A stretch of 64,000 bases of DNA, taken from positions 1 through 64,000 of the forward strand of contig ML996706.1 of NCBI GenBank assembly GCA_010356995.1. The letters are read 5' to 3'. Both the position numbers and the translations under genes were made by a program. Positions 33,586-46,500 of this stretch are shown here, piece by piece. How positions within the stretch are numbered: position 1 is the first letter of the stretch; each line of letters starts with the position of its first letter. Below the pieces are notes generated by a model. That model did not search any database. It saw only the letters and a program-made list of their open reading frames with translations, and was not told the origin of the DNA. The DNA is from Trichodelitschia bisporula. Taxonomy: Eukaryota.

Positions 33586-36500
33586 GTTGAAGTAGCTGGC
33601 TAACTTAGCAAACGAAAGCAGGCAAAGCAGTGATGAACAGTGAGGAACAGTAGTACGTTATATCAACGAAGGCAAGAAACGATATAGCAAAGTCAGAGAC
33701 CAACATACCTTGTCAAGTCGAAATGGAGGTTGAAGAAGGATGCAAGAGTTACGGTTGCTCCGACCAAAGTGACTAGGCCTTCGAGTATACGATGTCAGTC
33801 AATGATGGCACAGATTGCAGTGCAGAAGAGGAGAAGAGGAGAAGAGCAGATGAGAAAATTGGAGTTGAAATGTGTTTGTGGAGTGGGGGGGAAGGAGGGG
33901 AGGGGGGAGAGGAAGGCACGTATGGTCGTCCTCCCTGGTCGCCCTAAGCCTTGTGAGGGCCTGAGGCGACTTCGAGATCCACGATGCCCAACTTCAACAT
34001 TGAATAACTCCACCAAAACATGAGCGCATTGGGGCACATTAGTATGGCCAGAATCGCCTCACTAAGGCGATTCTAATGATGCAAAAAATATCATACCTTG
34101 AGGTTGTGGTCGGGGTGTGATGGTTGACGATGGCAGAGGTGACCGTGCGGGTGAGAGCCTGAAGCAAGGTGTGAGAGTTAGCAACGGAGATGCAGCACCA
34201 CACCGGGGGAGACTCACTTGAGAATTGAACAGCTACGAAGAAATGCAGCAAAACGTAGTGGGATGATGTGTTGTTGGGTGCGGTGTGAGAAGAAAGTGGT
34301 TTGGAGAGAAAGGCGTCTGGTGAGAGAAGAGAAACGGCTTATAACTGAGGAGCCAGCTCTCTTTCTCTTGGCTGGTACCGTCTGCACAGACCGTTAGAAC
34401 CGAGGAAGTTGCGCTTCTGCCGACCCAGCAACGCTGAGAGAGAGGGTAACAGAAACAGAGAAGAGAGAGAAGGAACCGGAGGCCTAGGGCAGGAGAGGCT
34501 GAAGCAGAAACAGACAGTACCAATCTGTGCTAACCACCAAGGATCGCGATTTAAAGCAGAATCGACATAGAGGTAGCTTCTTCTTCTTCCAGGCCCTTTC
34601 CCCATCACTGAAGTTGGCCGTAACTGACGAGAGCAAGCAAGATACACGCACTTGACACCACAACGAGACAAACACCCCGCTCTTTCAGCATGATTCATCT
34701 CCTCGGACTCCTGCCTCTTCCCTCGCAGAGCATCACCACCACATGTCTTCCTCTCTTCCTCTCCTCCTCGACCCATAGCTCCATCACTCCCGCCTCTTCC
34801 TCGAACAACTCAGTCGGGCTACCAGCTCTTGCCCCCAATACTCGGAAGGAAACTCTCAGATGGACCTGGACAGAACGCGAGATACAACACGAAGACAAAA
34901 GGCATAGAAGGAACGCACGCATCACTCACCTGCCCTGCCCACAACCTCCGCACTGGGAAGCAAAGAGTGCTCTGGTGATGATATACGACCGGCTTGCACG
35001 GCAACCGTCGAACGCTCCAGGCGAGAAGTAGCAACAGCAACGGCAGCAATGAGTTCCCGTAAGAAGATAACCCGTGTATTGGTGTCGTTGCTGTCAACTA
35101 ACAATGAGGCGACAAGGACCAGCGCGGGTGTGCGTGTGCGGCGTGTAACGTCTGCTGATGCAGCGGCTGCTGCGAGTCGATTCGGTCGAGACAAATGAAA
35201 ACAATTAGGTAAAACAGCTCAGGAAGAATGGTGATGATGAGGTATCATATCGAAACAACACAATCAAATGTCCAGCTTTCCTCCGTTGCGCGTCATTCTC
35301 CCCGCCTTACGGGCGGGAAAGCGTCGCGCCTTATATGCTTCCCGCTCGGCTGGGAGGTAACAGAGGACGGCGACGCGATGACTGGGGGCTGGTTAAGCAT
35401 GCGTCGGCCAAGCATCTCGTCACTCCATCCCCACTGAGTGGTTGGGGCGGAGGGGGAGGTGTGGGGGGTGAAGGGGGAAAGAAGGTGAGGAAGGACAAGA
35501 AGCTCAAAAAGACGAGGGTGGCCGGGCAAGGGAGGACGAGGAGAAATGAACACCAAAAAGACCAAAAAGTGGAAGAGACGGCGGTGGGCATGCGAACGAT
35601 GGAAGAGGGTCGCATTCGCAGACGGTTATGGCATGCAGGCCGCTCGAATGGTTGCCGAAGGGCCCCAATGCCAGTGGCGGGTAGCAGGCCACTCTCGTCC
35701 GGCGGGAAGACGGTGGCCATCCTCTGGACGAAGAGTTACACAAGCTGGCTTCGCGCCTCTATAAATGCAGCACGCGTTTGCTGCCTCATGATCCGTGCCG
35801 TTGCCGCTCGCTCAATCCCTGATGAAACTTGACCGGGCCGAGAAGCTGGGAGGTAAAGGCAATGTAGGCGGCTTGGTGCGCCACAGATGATGGGGATGGA
35901 AGTGGAGAGATGGCAGGTGATCCCGGGGGGCGATAATTGGTGATGATAGTGGTGGTGGTTATGGTGGTGTACTTTTGGCTTCCCCAATGCTACGACCGCA
36001 ACGAACGAGCTTCGAGCACACCGGGTCGAGGCGCACCGGACCGCAAAGAGGCCATACCGCCATAGTACTAGACTACTATTTCGTACTCTACGATGAGTCC
36101 GAGGACTTAAATTGCTTCCACAGCTGCGAGGAGAGGGACAAAAAAGTCAGCAAAAATCAAAACTTTTCGTCTGCAAGACAATGAAATGCTGCTGTCCGGC
36201 GCACTGCCCCGACAAGAAGAAACACGGTTTATCTTACTCTGCAGAAAATCCTGCGCCTGTCGGGGGCCTGGTTCCCGCCTCTCAGTCATAAAGCGATATC
36301 GACCGCGCCTGCTGTGCGTGAAGGCGCGCTCGTCCCCCTTGCAAGAGAGACTGCACGGTACCCGGCTGGGCCTGCAGACATACTGTAGGTCGCCTCCGAT
36401 CCCCTCTTTCTGAGCATACATAGCAGCAAGCCCATTCAGTACGGTCTGCTTCCTGTGCTCCTCCGTTTTGCTCGTTATCATTAGCACTCAGCCAGGTAGA

Positions 36501-38795
36501 AGCAACGGTCAACAGATCCTGCGACCTTCCCAGATACCGAAGTGCTTTTCCGACGACTCAACTATCCCACTCACAGCAGGATCGGATGTCTCTGCACCCA
36601 CGGTTCGCCAGCGAGCCTTTACACTCGCACATCGCACGTCTCCGCGCCGGATGTCACAGACTTCGGCACGTACCGACCAGATATGAGACAGCGTGACAGC
36701 CAAGCCGCGCGACTGCGAGGTTGCGCACTAAGACGTGAGGAGCTAGTCTGGCTGCTAAGTACACGGAGCTGCCGGCTGGCCGTTGGTGCTGGGGAGGGGG
36801 GGGCAGGCGGTCGAGGGGCCGGGATGTGGAATAAGGAACGGGAGATTGAAGACGGAGGGCTGTTCGTCAGAGGAAAAAGAGAAGAAAGGTGATAGAAAAT
36901 GCTTGCAAACAGTGTAGTCATTCTTGCCAACCCTCCCCACATGTAAGCTCCTACCACGTCCAGAAGCTCACATCTCCGCCCACGACAGCTCCATCACCGC
37001 CTCATCCCTTCTCGAGCTCTTCCGTCTCCAAAAGACACTCCGCCCGACCAACCTCGTAGCTGTCACCCCCGCCGCGGCTAGACCCTGCACGGAGCCGCAT
37101 CCGGACTGTATGCCGCGGGCACGCGTGCGACGGGGGATAGTGGTACGACAAGAGGAGGTAGGGGGAGGGCTGTTGTGCGGCGGGAGTAGAGGCAGGCTGC
37201 GTAGGCAGGCGGAAGTGAGAAGGCGAAGTCGGAAACCTGCGGGCATTTGTTATAGCGCTCGCCCATTACGCTCCCCATCCAGAAACCGTAGCATGTACAG
37301 CGAGGTACACACCATGCCTCTCTGCGCAAGCAGCGGCAATGTATGCGCCCGCCACGTCCCCGTGCTCCCTCGGGTGCGGTGTGAACTTCGGACGGGCGAC
37401 GGGAAGGATAAAGGGCTCCACTTGTGGTCGAAGAGACAGATCCGAGACGATGATATTTGTGATGGGTTGTTTTTCTGTCGTTGGCGACGGGGCGATCGTC
37501 GGGAGATGACCTGCGCGATTACTCCGGGATGTGCCCAGCCCCCTGCGGTCGGGCGGAGTGGCGTTGCTGAGCCACCGGGCCCGGTTTCTAGAAGCCTGCG
37601 CTATGCGCGGAGAAACTGACGACATTTGAATACCTCCATTCCAAAGAAAGCCAACGTCATGAAGTGCGAAGAGATGTACATCACCTCCTTCCCCCCCTCG
37701 CCACAGTACAAGCTGCAACGGGAAGCTCCCGTATGACACCCTCCCCCCAACACCAACCCGGCTCACGGATCGCGCGTAACGCTCCCCCCGCCTCTGCCCA
37801 AACCGCTTAACAGCGTTCGACCCCCAACCCGGTCGGCGGGCCTCCCGCCCACACAACGGCAAAATGGGACGACGGCTGGCACCGCATTGGGAAGGTAACG
37901 CGGCCGCGGGTGCTCAGCTCGAATTGGGTGTGAGACGGGCGCTGCACCATAAACCGCACGTGACGGGACGTTGTATAAAACCCTCTAGAAGAAGCGGAAG
38001 GGTTGGTCACGCTGTGAAGTGACGTGTTATTCTCCCCGCGATACACCGCCGCAGCGCCCGTGGCGCTGTGTGAGAGGCGATGCTGCACCCGCGACGATCA
38101 GCGTCTCGCCGTTGGAGTCTGCGGAGGGCCCGGATGGGCGGGAGGGTGCTGGCTGGGCTTTGGGCATTTCCACTTCTAGCGCCGCGCAGGCCGGGTTTGT
38201 GGTTCTGGTTCCGAACCGATTGGTTGCCTAGGCGGGGGTTGATGTTGTGCTGGCGCGAAGATGGAAGCAGGGTGACATAGATCGACGGTGGTGCTACTTT
38301 GAGGAGACAGGCCTGCTTGGAGAGAGGCCCCCAGTGGCAGGGGATATAAAGAACAAGTAGTCACTAGAGTCATTTGCTGGCTGGCAGTTTGAACCAGGCG
38401 ATTGTCCATGAACGAGCCGTTGTTTGCGACAGCCGTGGTCGAGTCAATGGAAAGTGAGACGTAAATGCTTTACTCGGGATGGGTGGGTAGGATACCGGTT
38501 GCTGGGAGATATGCTGCGATCATGTACGACGCACAAAGGGCGCACACCTAGACCTTACGTCCGCAAGGCTTTCATCAACCGCCGCGTACTAATTCCAAGA
38601 GAGAGGATGCATATAAGAATCTACGTCTATCATCATGAAACCACCTACGTACAGCCCAGCGAAATTGTGACACGAGCTCGCCAAATGCCCAGTATTACCA
38701 CCAGCACCTGCCGCACATCCAAATCACCCGGTCCCAGGAACCCAACAACCAACCCCAGCAATGTACGCCCAATGAACCGCCATTCCCGCTCGCTA

Positions 38796-40935
38796 CTATG
38801 ACCACACATCCTCCTGGTACTGATTCGACGCCCTCATCGCCTTGACCACTTCCTCGCCCTTCGACTCCGGTACACCCCGCTGCTCGGCAATGATCTGGCC
38901 CAGGATCGTGTTGACCTCGCGCGCCATGTTGGCCGCATCGCCGCACACATAAAAGTATGCGCGCTGCTCTAGCAGCCGGTTGATCTCGGCCGCGTTCGCC
39001 CTCATCATATGTTGAACATATACCTTCTTGGGGCCCTCACGTGAGAAGGCAGTGTGAATCTCGAAATTGTCTCCAAGATCCTTCTTATATTGCTGATGAC
39101 GATTAGCTTGGTTCTCAGTCAAAGGAAAGAACGGGCAAACTCACTTCCCACTCATCTTTGTACAAAAAGTCCTCATCTCGCCGTCGGCATCCAAAGAAGA
39201 GCACCGTCTTGCCGACCTTCTGGCCCTGACGTGCCAGTGCCGCACGCTCTTGGACGAACGCGCGGAACGGGGCGACGCCGGTACCCGGACCCACCAAGAT
39301 GATAGGCTTGGTGGGGTCGGAGGGCAGCTTGAAGTTGGAGTGACGCACATGCACGGGAACATGGATGCCGTCGTACTTATTACGCGGGCCGGTGATCGCG
39401 TAGTTGAGGCCGTGCGGATCAGGATTGGGATCGCCATGCTGCTTCTGCTTGAGGGCCAGGAGATAGTTGGTCGTGACGCCCTTGAGGATGTGCGGCGCAT
39501 TAGGCTTGTGAATCGACTCCACGACTGCCGTGATGGCGATCTTATGCTCTTGCACCAGGGATGATGACGAGATGGAGTAGTAGCGCGGCTGGATCTTGTG
39601 CAGGCCTTCAATGAAGAGAGAAAACGGAATCTTGCTCCACGGCTGACCCTTCGACTGGATCTCCAGCAGCTGCGCAATGTTCAGGAAGCGGTCCGTGACA
39701 ATTTGATGGAAGTAGTCCTTGTCGCTGCCCAGCTTCGTCATCTCAGCCTTAATCTCATCCGTAGGGGCGAACGGTGCCAGTTGCGAAACGAATTGACGGG
39801 AAACCGGAGCGCAGATTTCCATGTGGTAGCGGGCAACAGCATCATACGTCGTAGGCGACGGGAAGGGAACCTTGGCCGTTGGATCGCGGCCCTTGACGCT
39901 GATGACAGTGTGGCGCTTGTCGAGCAAACCGGCAACACGCAGAAACCGGTCAGTCTCCTTGCCCGCGTTGGTCGGCCAGATGGCAATGTGGTCACCGGTG
40001 GAGTAGTGCAGGTTGGAGCCGGCAATGTCGATTTCCATATGCAGGCAGTTGCGATCCGGCGTAGTAAACAGCTCCTTGGATTCCGCAATGGGCGCGATGT
40101 AGGGGTTATTCTGGCTGTACGGTCCCTTCGACGCGCCTTGCAGGTGGTTTGCGTTAGGTTCGCCGAGGTACACTTCGTCGGAGTCCGCTTCCAGGTCTTC
40201 CCTCTCGGTGATGTCAAAGACGGGCTCGTAGACAGCCTCGCGCTCCTCCAGACCCATGGCTTCGGCGAGCGCAGCCCACATGGGCTCCTTCCAGGCCAAA
40301 TAATCTTCTTCCATAGTGCCCGCACCATCATCACCTTCTCCGGCCTCACCAATCCTGGTTGCGCCGAGATGCCGCAGAGACTTGTCAACATGGCGCACCA
40401 TGGAGTTGTAGTGCTCGTAGGTGTTGTTGCCGAGGCCGAACGTGACATACTTCAAGTTAGCGAGGGCCTGGTCCTCGGCCGAGGACCCGCTTGCGAACGT
40501 GACATCGTCGTTGTGGATGAACTCGTAGAAATCAACCGCATTGTCCGTAGGCTCTCCCTCGCCGTATGTGGCCAGGATGAAGAAAGCCACCTTGTCAGCG
40601 GGGAAGGTGTCGAGATTGTCAAAGTCGTAGTCCTCCAAGTCGGCAACCATGGTCTTGAGTCCGAAGCGGGCGGCACCCTCCTTGGCCAGTCTCGATGCAT
40701 AATCCTCCGCTGTGCCGGTCTGTGAGCCGTAGAAGACGACGCAGTTCTTGCCCGTCTCCTCCATTTTTTCTATTATGTTTCGCGATTTGCCCGACTTAAC
40801 GCCATTTGCTTGCGCCAAAGAGTCGCCATAGGGATCACGGGTAACGGCCCAGTAGGTGCCTTTTGTGAGGTATGCGACGGTTGCAACCAGGAGAACGATA
40901 AGGACAATAATGTCCAGGGTATCGAGTTGGGCCAT
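38796..40935 (-). CDS. cprA: NADPH-cytochrome P450 reductase; intron 39093..39144 (plus a 5'UTR intron 40949..41013)
   Basis: N-terminal TM, FMN motifs FYGSQTGTAEDYA, ATYGEGEPTDNA and FGLGNNTYEHYN; FAD motif PRYYSISSS; NADPH motifs GPGTGVAPFR, LFFGCR, YFYVCGDA; ends YQEDVWS*. Confidence 0.97.
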
Positions 40936-43501
40936 TGTGGTACGATGTCTATCGGGACGGTGGGGTCAGTCATCGAGCGCAACACCTCCGAGAAGGGGCA
41001 GAGAGGGGCTTACACTAGAAAAAGATATGCACTGTGGAATTGAAGGTGCAGAAAGCACCGAAAGGAAAAGAGTCGCTCAGGGAGAGAAAGTGGACAGGTA
41101 GGCGCGAAGTTGAAGATGTGGCGATAGTGAGCGAGTTTGGAGATGTGGCAGCCTGTCGCCTGCGGGTTGGAGGCTTTGGGAAAAAGCTCGGATAGGATGA
41201 GCTCTCACATGCGCCACACCCTGGTTGAAGAAACGGGCCGCCGATTTGTCCTCTAGACCTTTTGAGGCTGGGCTTCGTGAAGTTGGTGGGTCTCAATTCG
41301 CAACGACAACGCTGAAAATACGAAGAATGACGCGGAGTAGGATCAGTAGGATCCCAGAGTTGGATCTCAAAGGCGGGAAGAGTGCGAGGATTGAAGATCG
41401 ATGTGCTCCCTCTTTGTCCCTTTCTCTCGTAGCAGTAGCCCTGTTACGGGTCGAGTTGGCCGAAAGAAACGGCTATCTCGTGTTCAGCGGACGCCTTTTT
41501 AGTTGCATTCGACTCGGCCTGGCGTTATATCGGGCTTCCGTCGCGGAAATGCTTCCATCAGTAACCCGTCATCCGTAGGAGACTGCCGGGGGTGGGGCTA
41601 ACCACTGTACCGTACCTAGAACGGGCGGCGTGCGGTGAACGGCACCTGGAAATCGGCTCAAACTGAGTCCCGATACAACCCCACCTCTTCCCCAGACTCA
41701 AGATAGTCGGCATCGCCTCAAAATCTGACTATAATCATAGAATGCGGGGGAACTTGTTGCAAAAATTTCCCGTATCAACAGCTGTCGAGGCCTTCTCTCT
41801 CACGATCTCTTTCCCACAATATACCCTGAGCTTATGGCTGCCTTCTGCGTGGAATTGCGAAAGCCTAATTCTAGCCTTCCTCAACAGCTCCCTTTCCACC
41901 CGGACGAGGTTTCCCGTATGAATTCTAGAACTGATGGACCGCGTACCGACGCTGCAAGCACGTCTTTCAGTCCAGCTGCTAAACTAGTGTTCAACGTTCA
42001 CCGACTTCAGGTCATTCTGGCTCTACACATTTTTGTGCTATTTTGGCTGTCAACGTTTCTCTATCATCTGCTGAATATAAATCCGAGCTGATCGCATGTC
42101 CCTTAATTTTGTGTCAAACCTCATCCCACGTGCTTGACTCCCAGAATCGTTCAGTCAATGGACACCACCGATTTTATATTGCTAGCTTAGACGCCATGAT
42201 TAGTCTTTAACTAAAATATCGGGTCATGTGGTCGGGCAAGCTGTTCCGATGCCAGGCAACTTTGCATACATAAGACTCTTAGACGGCACGAACGGCACTT
42301 GAGCTTCCGTTCAATGTTTTCTGTACCGGTTTACCGTCCCCGAAGGACGAATGTCAACTCTTGCGTCGGGGATCACAAGTGATGCAGTGCTCGTGGCAAC
42401 TGAGAGCTGAAAGTTTCCTCCCAATACGAGCAATGGAGCACTCCGAGACCTCCCCTCCGCTCCAACAGCCACTGTCTGTTGGTCATCGGCCTTCTTGGAA
42501 TTGATTCGTTGGCGCATTGAAAGCCATCCAGGACGGGCAGTTGTGAATGGCAGCAAATATGCCGAATTATCCTCTCAGAATACCACGATATCCCCCTTCG
42601 GCACCCCCCGAGGAACTTCAATCGGCTCTCCACCGGTCTACGTTGTCGGCCAACGCGTCCCATACGCAGAGACGTGCCGAGCAGCGATAAAACATTCAGA
42701 CGAAAGAGAGCGGTACAGTATGTACCTTTGCAGTTCGTAGGCTGTCTCTCTCACGGCTCCGCCGACGACGATGCGCAGTGCCCACCATATGAATTCCCCT
42801 ATCGATATCCCGCATTCTCGCGTGCTCCGGGCGCCGGCGGGTGGAGAGCCACAACGGTCATGGATCATGGCTGCGTGTCGGCGGGGTCATGATATATAGA
42901 CGGGTGTTAAGAGCATGGCAAGCGAAATAAATTAATCCCCGATGCAAGAAAGGGACAAAGATCAACACGAGGGCGTCACGATAGGTGCCCGACCATGTGT
43001 TTGGTCGTTTTGCACCCATGTTTCGCGGCGCTTCGCGGTCGCGTTGCACCTCTCTCGTGTCTGCTTTCTGCCTTTGCTCTCTGTGCGTTCTCCGCGTGGT
43101 CTCTTTCTTTGCTCTGTCGCTCCCAAAGGGATCGCACACACGGCCCCCACTCTCTCGTCTCCCATTCCTACGCCTCGTCATCACATCATCACATCATCAC
43201 ACACCCCCAGTCCAACAGAGCAACAGAGGTGACCGGTTGCCCAGGAAAAGGGTCTGAAGGGCCAGTGCCAAGGCCTACCGACTCCGCGCTTTGTGTCAGG
43301 GCCCTTGCGGGACAGAGAGTCGAAAATTAGCAACTCCATGATTCCCTTCCCTTGAATACTCCCCCGCTCCCGTCTCTCGTCTCGTCTTCCCCCAGCGACG
43401 TGAATCGTTGCCATGCGCCTTTTCCGAACTTCACTTGCGACCCATCAGGCTACTTACTGCCAAATGTCGCGTCTTTAGAGCCGCGTCTCCACAAGCGGGA
43501 T

Positions 43502-46500
43502 ATGGGTATGTCTTCGCCCCCCCTCTCCCCACCTCCTGTTTCGTCACTTTGCGTCCAATCTGGCTTCGGATGCGCTGCGCCTCACCCACGAAAAACCCCG
43601 ATGGTCGTAGATTTTCGGCGCATCGAGCACCTTGAAACCTTCAAAACAAAGCATTGGGCATGCATACCCCCCAGCACCTGCGCATAAGCTTCAGTGGCAG
43701 CCTTGTCCAGTTCTCGTAGCCTCTTCCGCTTGCTAACCCCTGGGATGACTTTGCAGCAGCCCCCCAATTCCATAACCACGAACGACAGCGGGCCGACTCC
43801 TCTCTGTCTCAACATGCAGCCGAGATCCTCTCCGTCCCCTCAAGCACTTCTCGCGATCAGTCGCTTCTGCGCGGCAGAGCCCTCACTGCTACTGCACGGG
43901 CCCCCTCCCCTCGCGATCGAACGCCCGTAGGCAACATCCCCAAGATCACTACCGGACAAGATGGTGTGGGCATAGAGCGGAGACCTTCAGGATCCTACGG
44001 ACACCACCGCCAGGCGTCGATCGTGCACGGCAACATCCAGCACTCGCGGAATACCAGCTTTGCCGGGACGCCCATCACCAGCCCGCTTACGCCCCAGATA
44101 ATTGCGGAAGCGGGTGGCCTGGAGAATACCGATGAGCTCACGATGGCCGAAGATCAGGTCGGGATGCTGCCGTCCCTCGGCCCGCAGATTGCCATCTCCA
44201 ACCCCACACACATCAAAGGACATTCCCCGTCCGCCTCCGCCGCGGGAGATGCCCTACAATTGAACGGAACGCGCCGTCCTGAGCGTATGCACAGTGGAAA
44301 AGCTAGGAAAGAGCACATGCACAGCCGCTCGCAGTCGCGCCACCATCCGCACCAAGAAACGCAGACCGTGGGCGAATACGCACTGCACCACCTGTTCAAC
44401 TCGTTCGTTGCATTCGCCGATCAGAAGATCAATCAGTGCCTGGGCGATCCTCGATATGAACCCCGCGTCGAGACAATATGCGGCCCTGGGATCGATTCTG
44501 CGTTCGATCAGTTGATATCCGCGTTGGGCCACATTGCCGGCCACAAGCCGAAACCGCTCATCGACACCATAATGATATGGCGCCAGGAGAAGCGCGAAGC
44601 TGCCGCTGCTGCTAGGGCGAACTTCACGGCGAGCGCGGAGCTGAACCCGCCGATGCCAGCTGATCTGGAACACACCTTCACACTGCAACAGGAGGTCATT
44701 ACGGCGGAGCGCAAGTCGACTGTTTCCATCTACCTCCTGTGTCGCGTACTCATGGAGATCTTTGCGCAGAGTACCCTTGCCGATATTACTCCTGATATGG
44801 CCGACCGGCTTGAAAGCATCATCTATAAACAGCTTAGCTCGGCAGATCCTGAATACCTCGAAGGATCACCTTTTCGGCAGTCAAACTGGGTCATTTTTGG
44901 GCAGTTGCTGGGCGCCATGAGCGAACTCGATTTTGATAACGTCTCCAGACGCTTCCTTGATGATTTGGAGAAAATGCAACTGCACCTTGTGAAAAGAGAT
45001 GTGGATGGGAAGGCTGTGCTCGTCATTCGAGGCATGAGATGGCTGAAGATGGGCCATCTCCAGGAGTCAAGCTGGAACCGGACCTGCGACTTTCTACTTG
45101 CCCTATCCAAGTTCTCGGCCCATGCGTCTGGTCAGTCCATCAAGTACGCATTCAACACGCTGTTCAAGGAGTTGCTGCTCCCATTAGTGGCCAGTGCGAC
45201 CTCTGAGTTCAACACACCCAAATGGAAGCTCGTCATCGAAGCGATCAAGCCGAAAGTTGCCCAAATGCTGGCTAAACCGAAGCACTGGCATAACGCTTTC
45301 CCGGCGATGGCCGTGATTCTGTGCGCTTCTCCCCATGAATCCTTCGCTTCTAGTTGGTTGTCCTTGATTATGCCCCTGCAGACGAAACTTAAGGAGAGAA
45401 GCACACGACCAGCGGCCCTTCGTGGGATCTGTCGACTTGTCTGGACGTATCTCTACCGGACAGCTGACACCCCGACGACGACAATCAAGAACTTGAACGA
45501 AGTCGTCCGCCTTGTCTTCATTCCCGGGAAGAGGTCGTACATTTCCACTGACGCTGCCATTGCCGAACCTCTTATCCAGCTTATCCGTATCATCGGCTAC
45601 AAGTACCAGGACTTTTGCTTCCGTACCATCATCTTTCCCCTCATGAATTCCGACATGTTCACCTCGGGCAAGGACTTGCGAATTGCGGACCTGGAGCCAG
45701 AGAAGATCGTTGTCGGTATCCGAGCTTTCCTCGCCGTGATGGCCGACTTAGAGAAGGGCGAGCAGCCGCCCTTTCCTGTCAGCTTCGAGAGTGACCCCTC
45801 GTTGGAGACCTTTACTGTTTCCTCCATGCCGCTGAGCCCGAATCCGATGGCGGAGCCAAGTCGATCCGTGTTTAGCAAGCAGGATCGGCTCTCCCGGCCA
45901 GTGCTCGTCTCAAACTTTGCAGACGTTACCAAGGAATCGTACAACAAGTTTTGCAAGATCCTCGGCGAAATCACCATTCTTTGCGATAATGTCTTCGGCG
46001 GTCAGGCGGTGCTGGATGAGAAGTTTTCCTCTCAGACACCCAAAACCCCCATGGCCGAAGCCTTCAGCTTTGGTCGGCGAGACGACCACGGCACTCCGTC
46101 TGACTCTCGCCAAGGGTTTTACGACCTGCTCCATGTCGCAGTCCAGGCTCTGCCGCGGTGTCTCTCGCCCCATATATCCTTCAAGTCTCTCATCAACCTG
46201 CTTTGCACTGGCACCGCTCACGTCCAGAGCAACATAGCCGCCTCCTCGGCCCAGTCCCTCAAGGCGATTGCGCGCCAGTCACACGCGCAACAGATCACAA
46301 TCAGCTTCGCCCGTTTTATCTTCAACTTTGATGATCGTTACTCCACCATGTCAGATGGCGGTATGCTTGGTCCTGACCATATAGAGAGTACGCTGCGGCT
46401 TTATGTCGAGCTGCTTCACATATGGATTGAAGAAATCAAGCAAAAGACGAAGCGCGTAGCCGCTGACCACCATATTGACGAGGCCTACACTGGCAATCGC

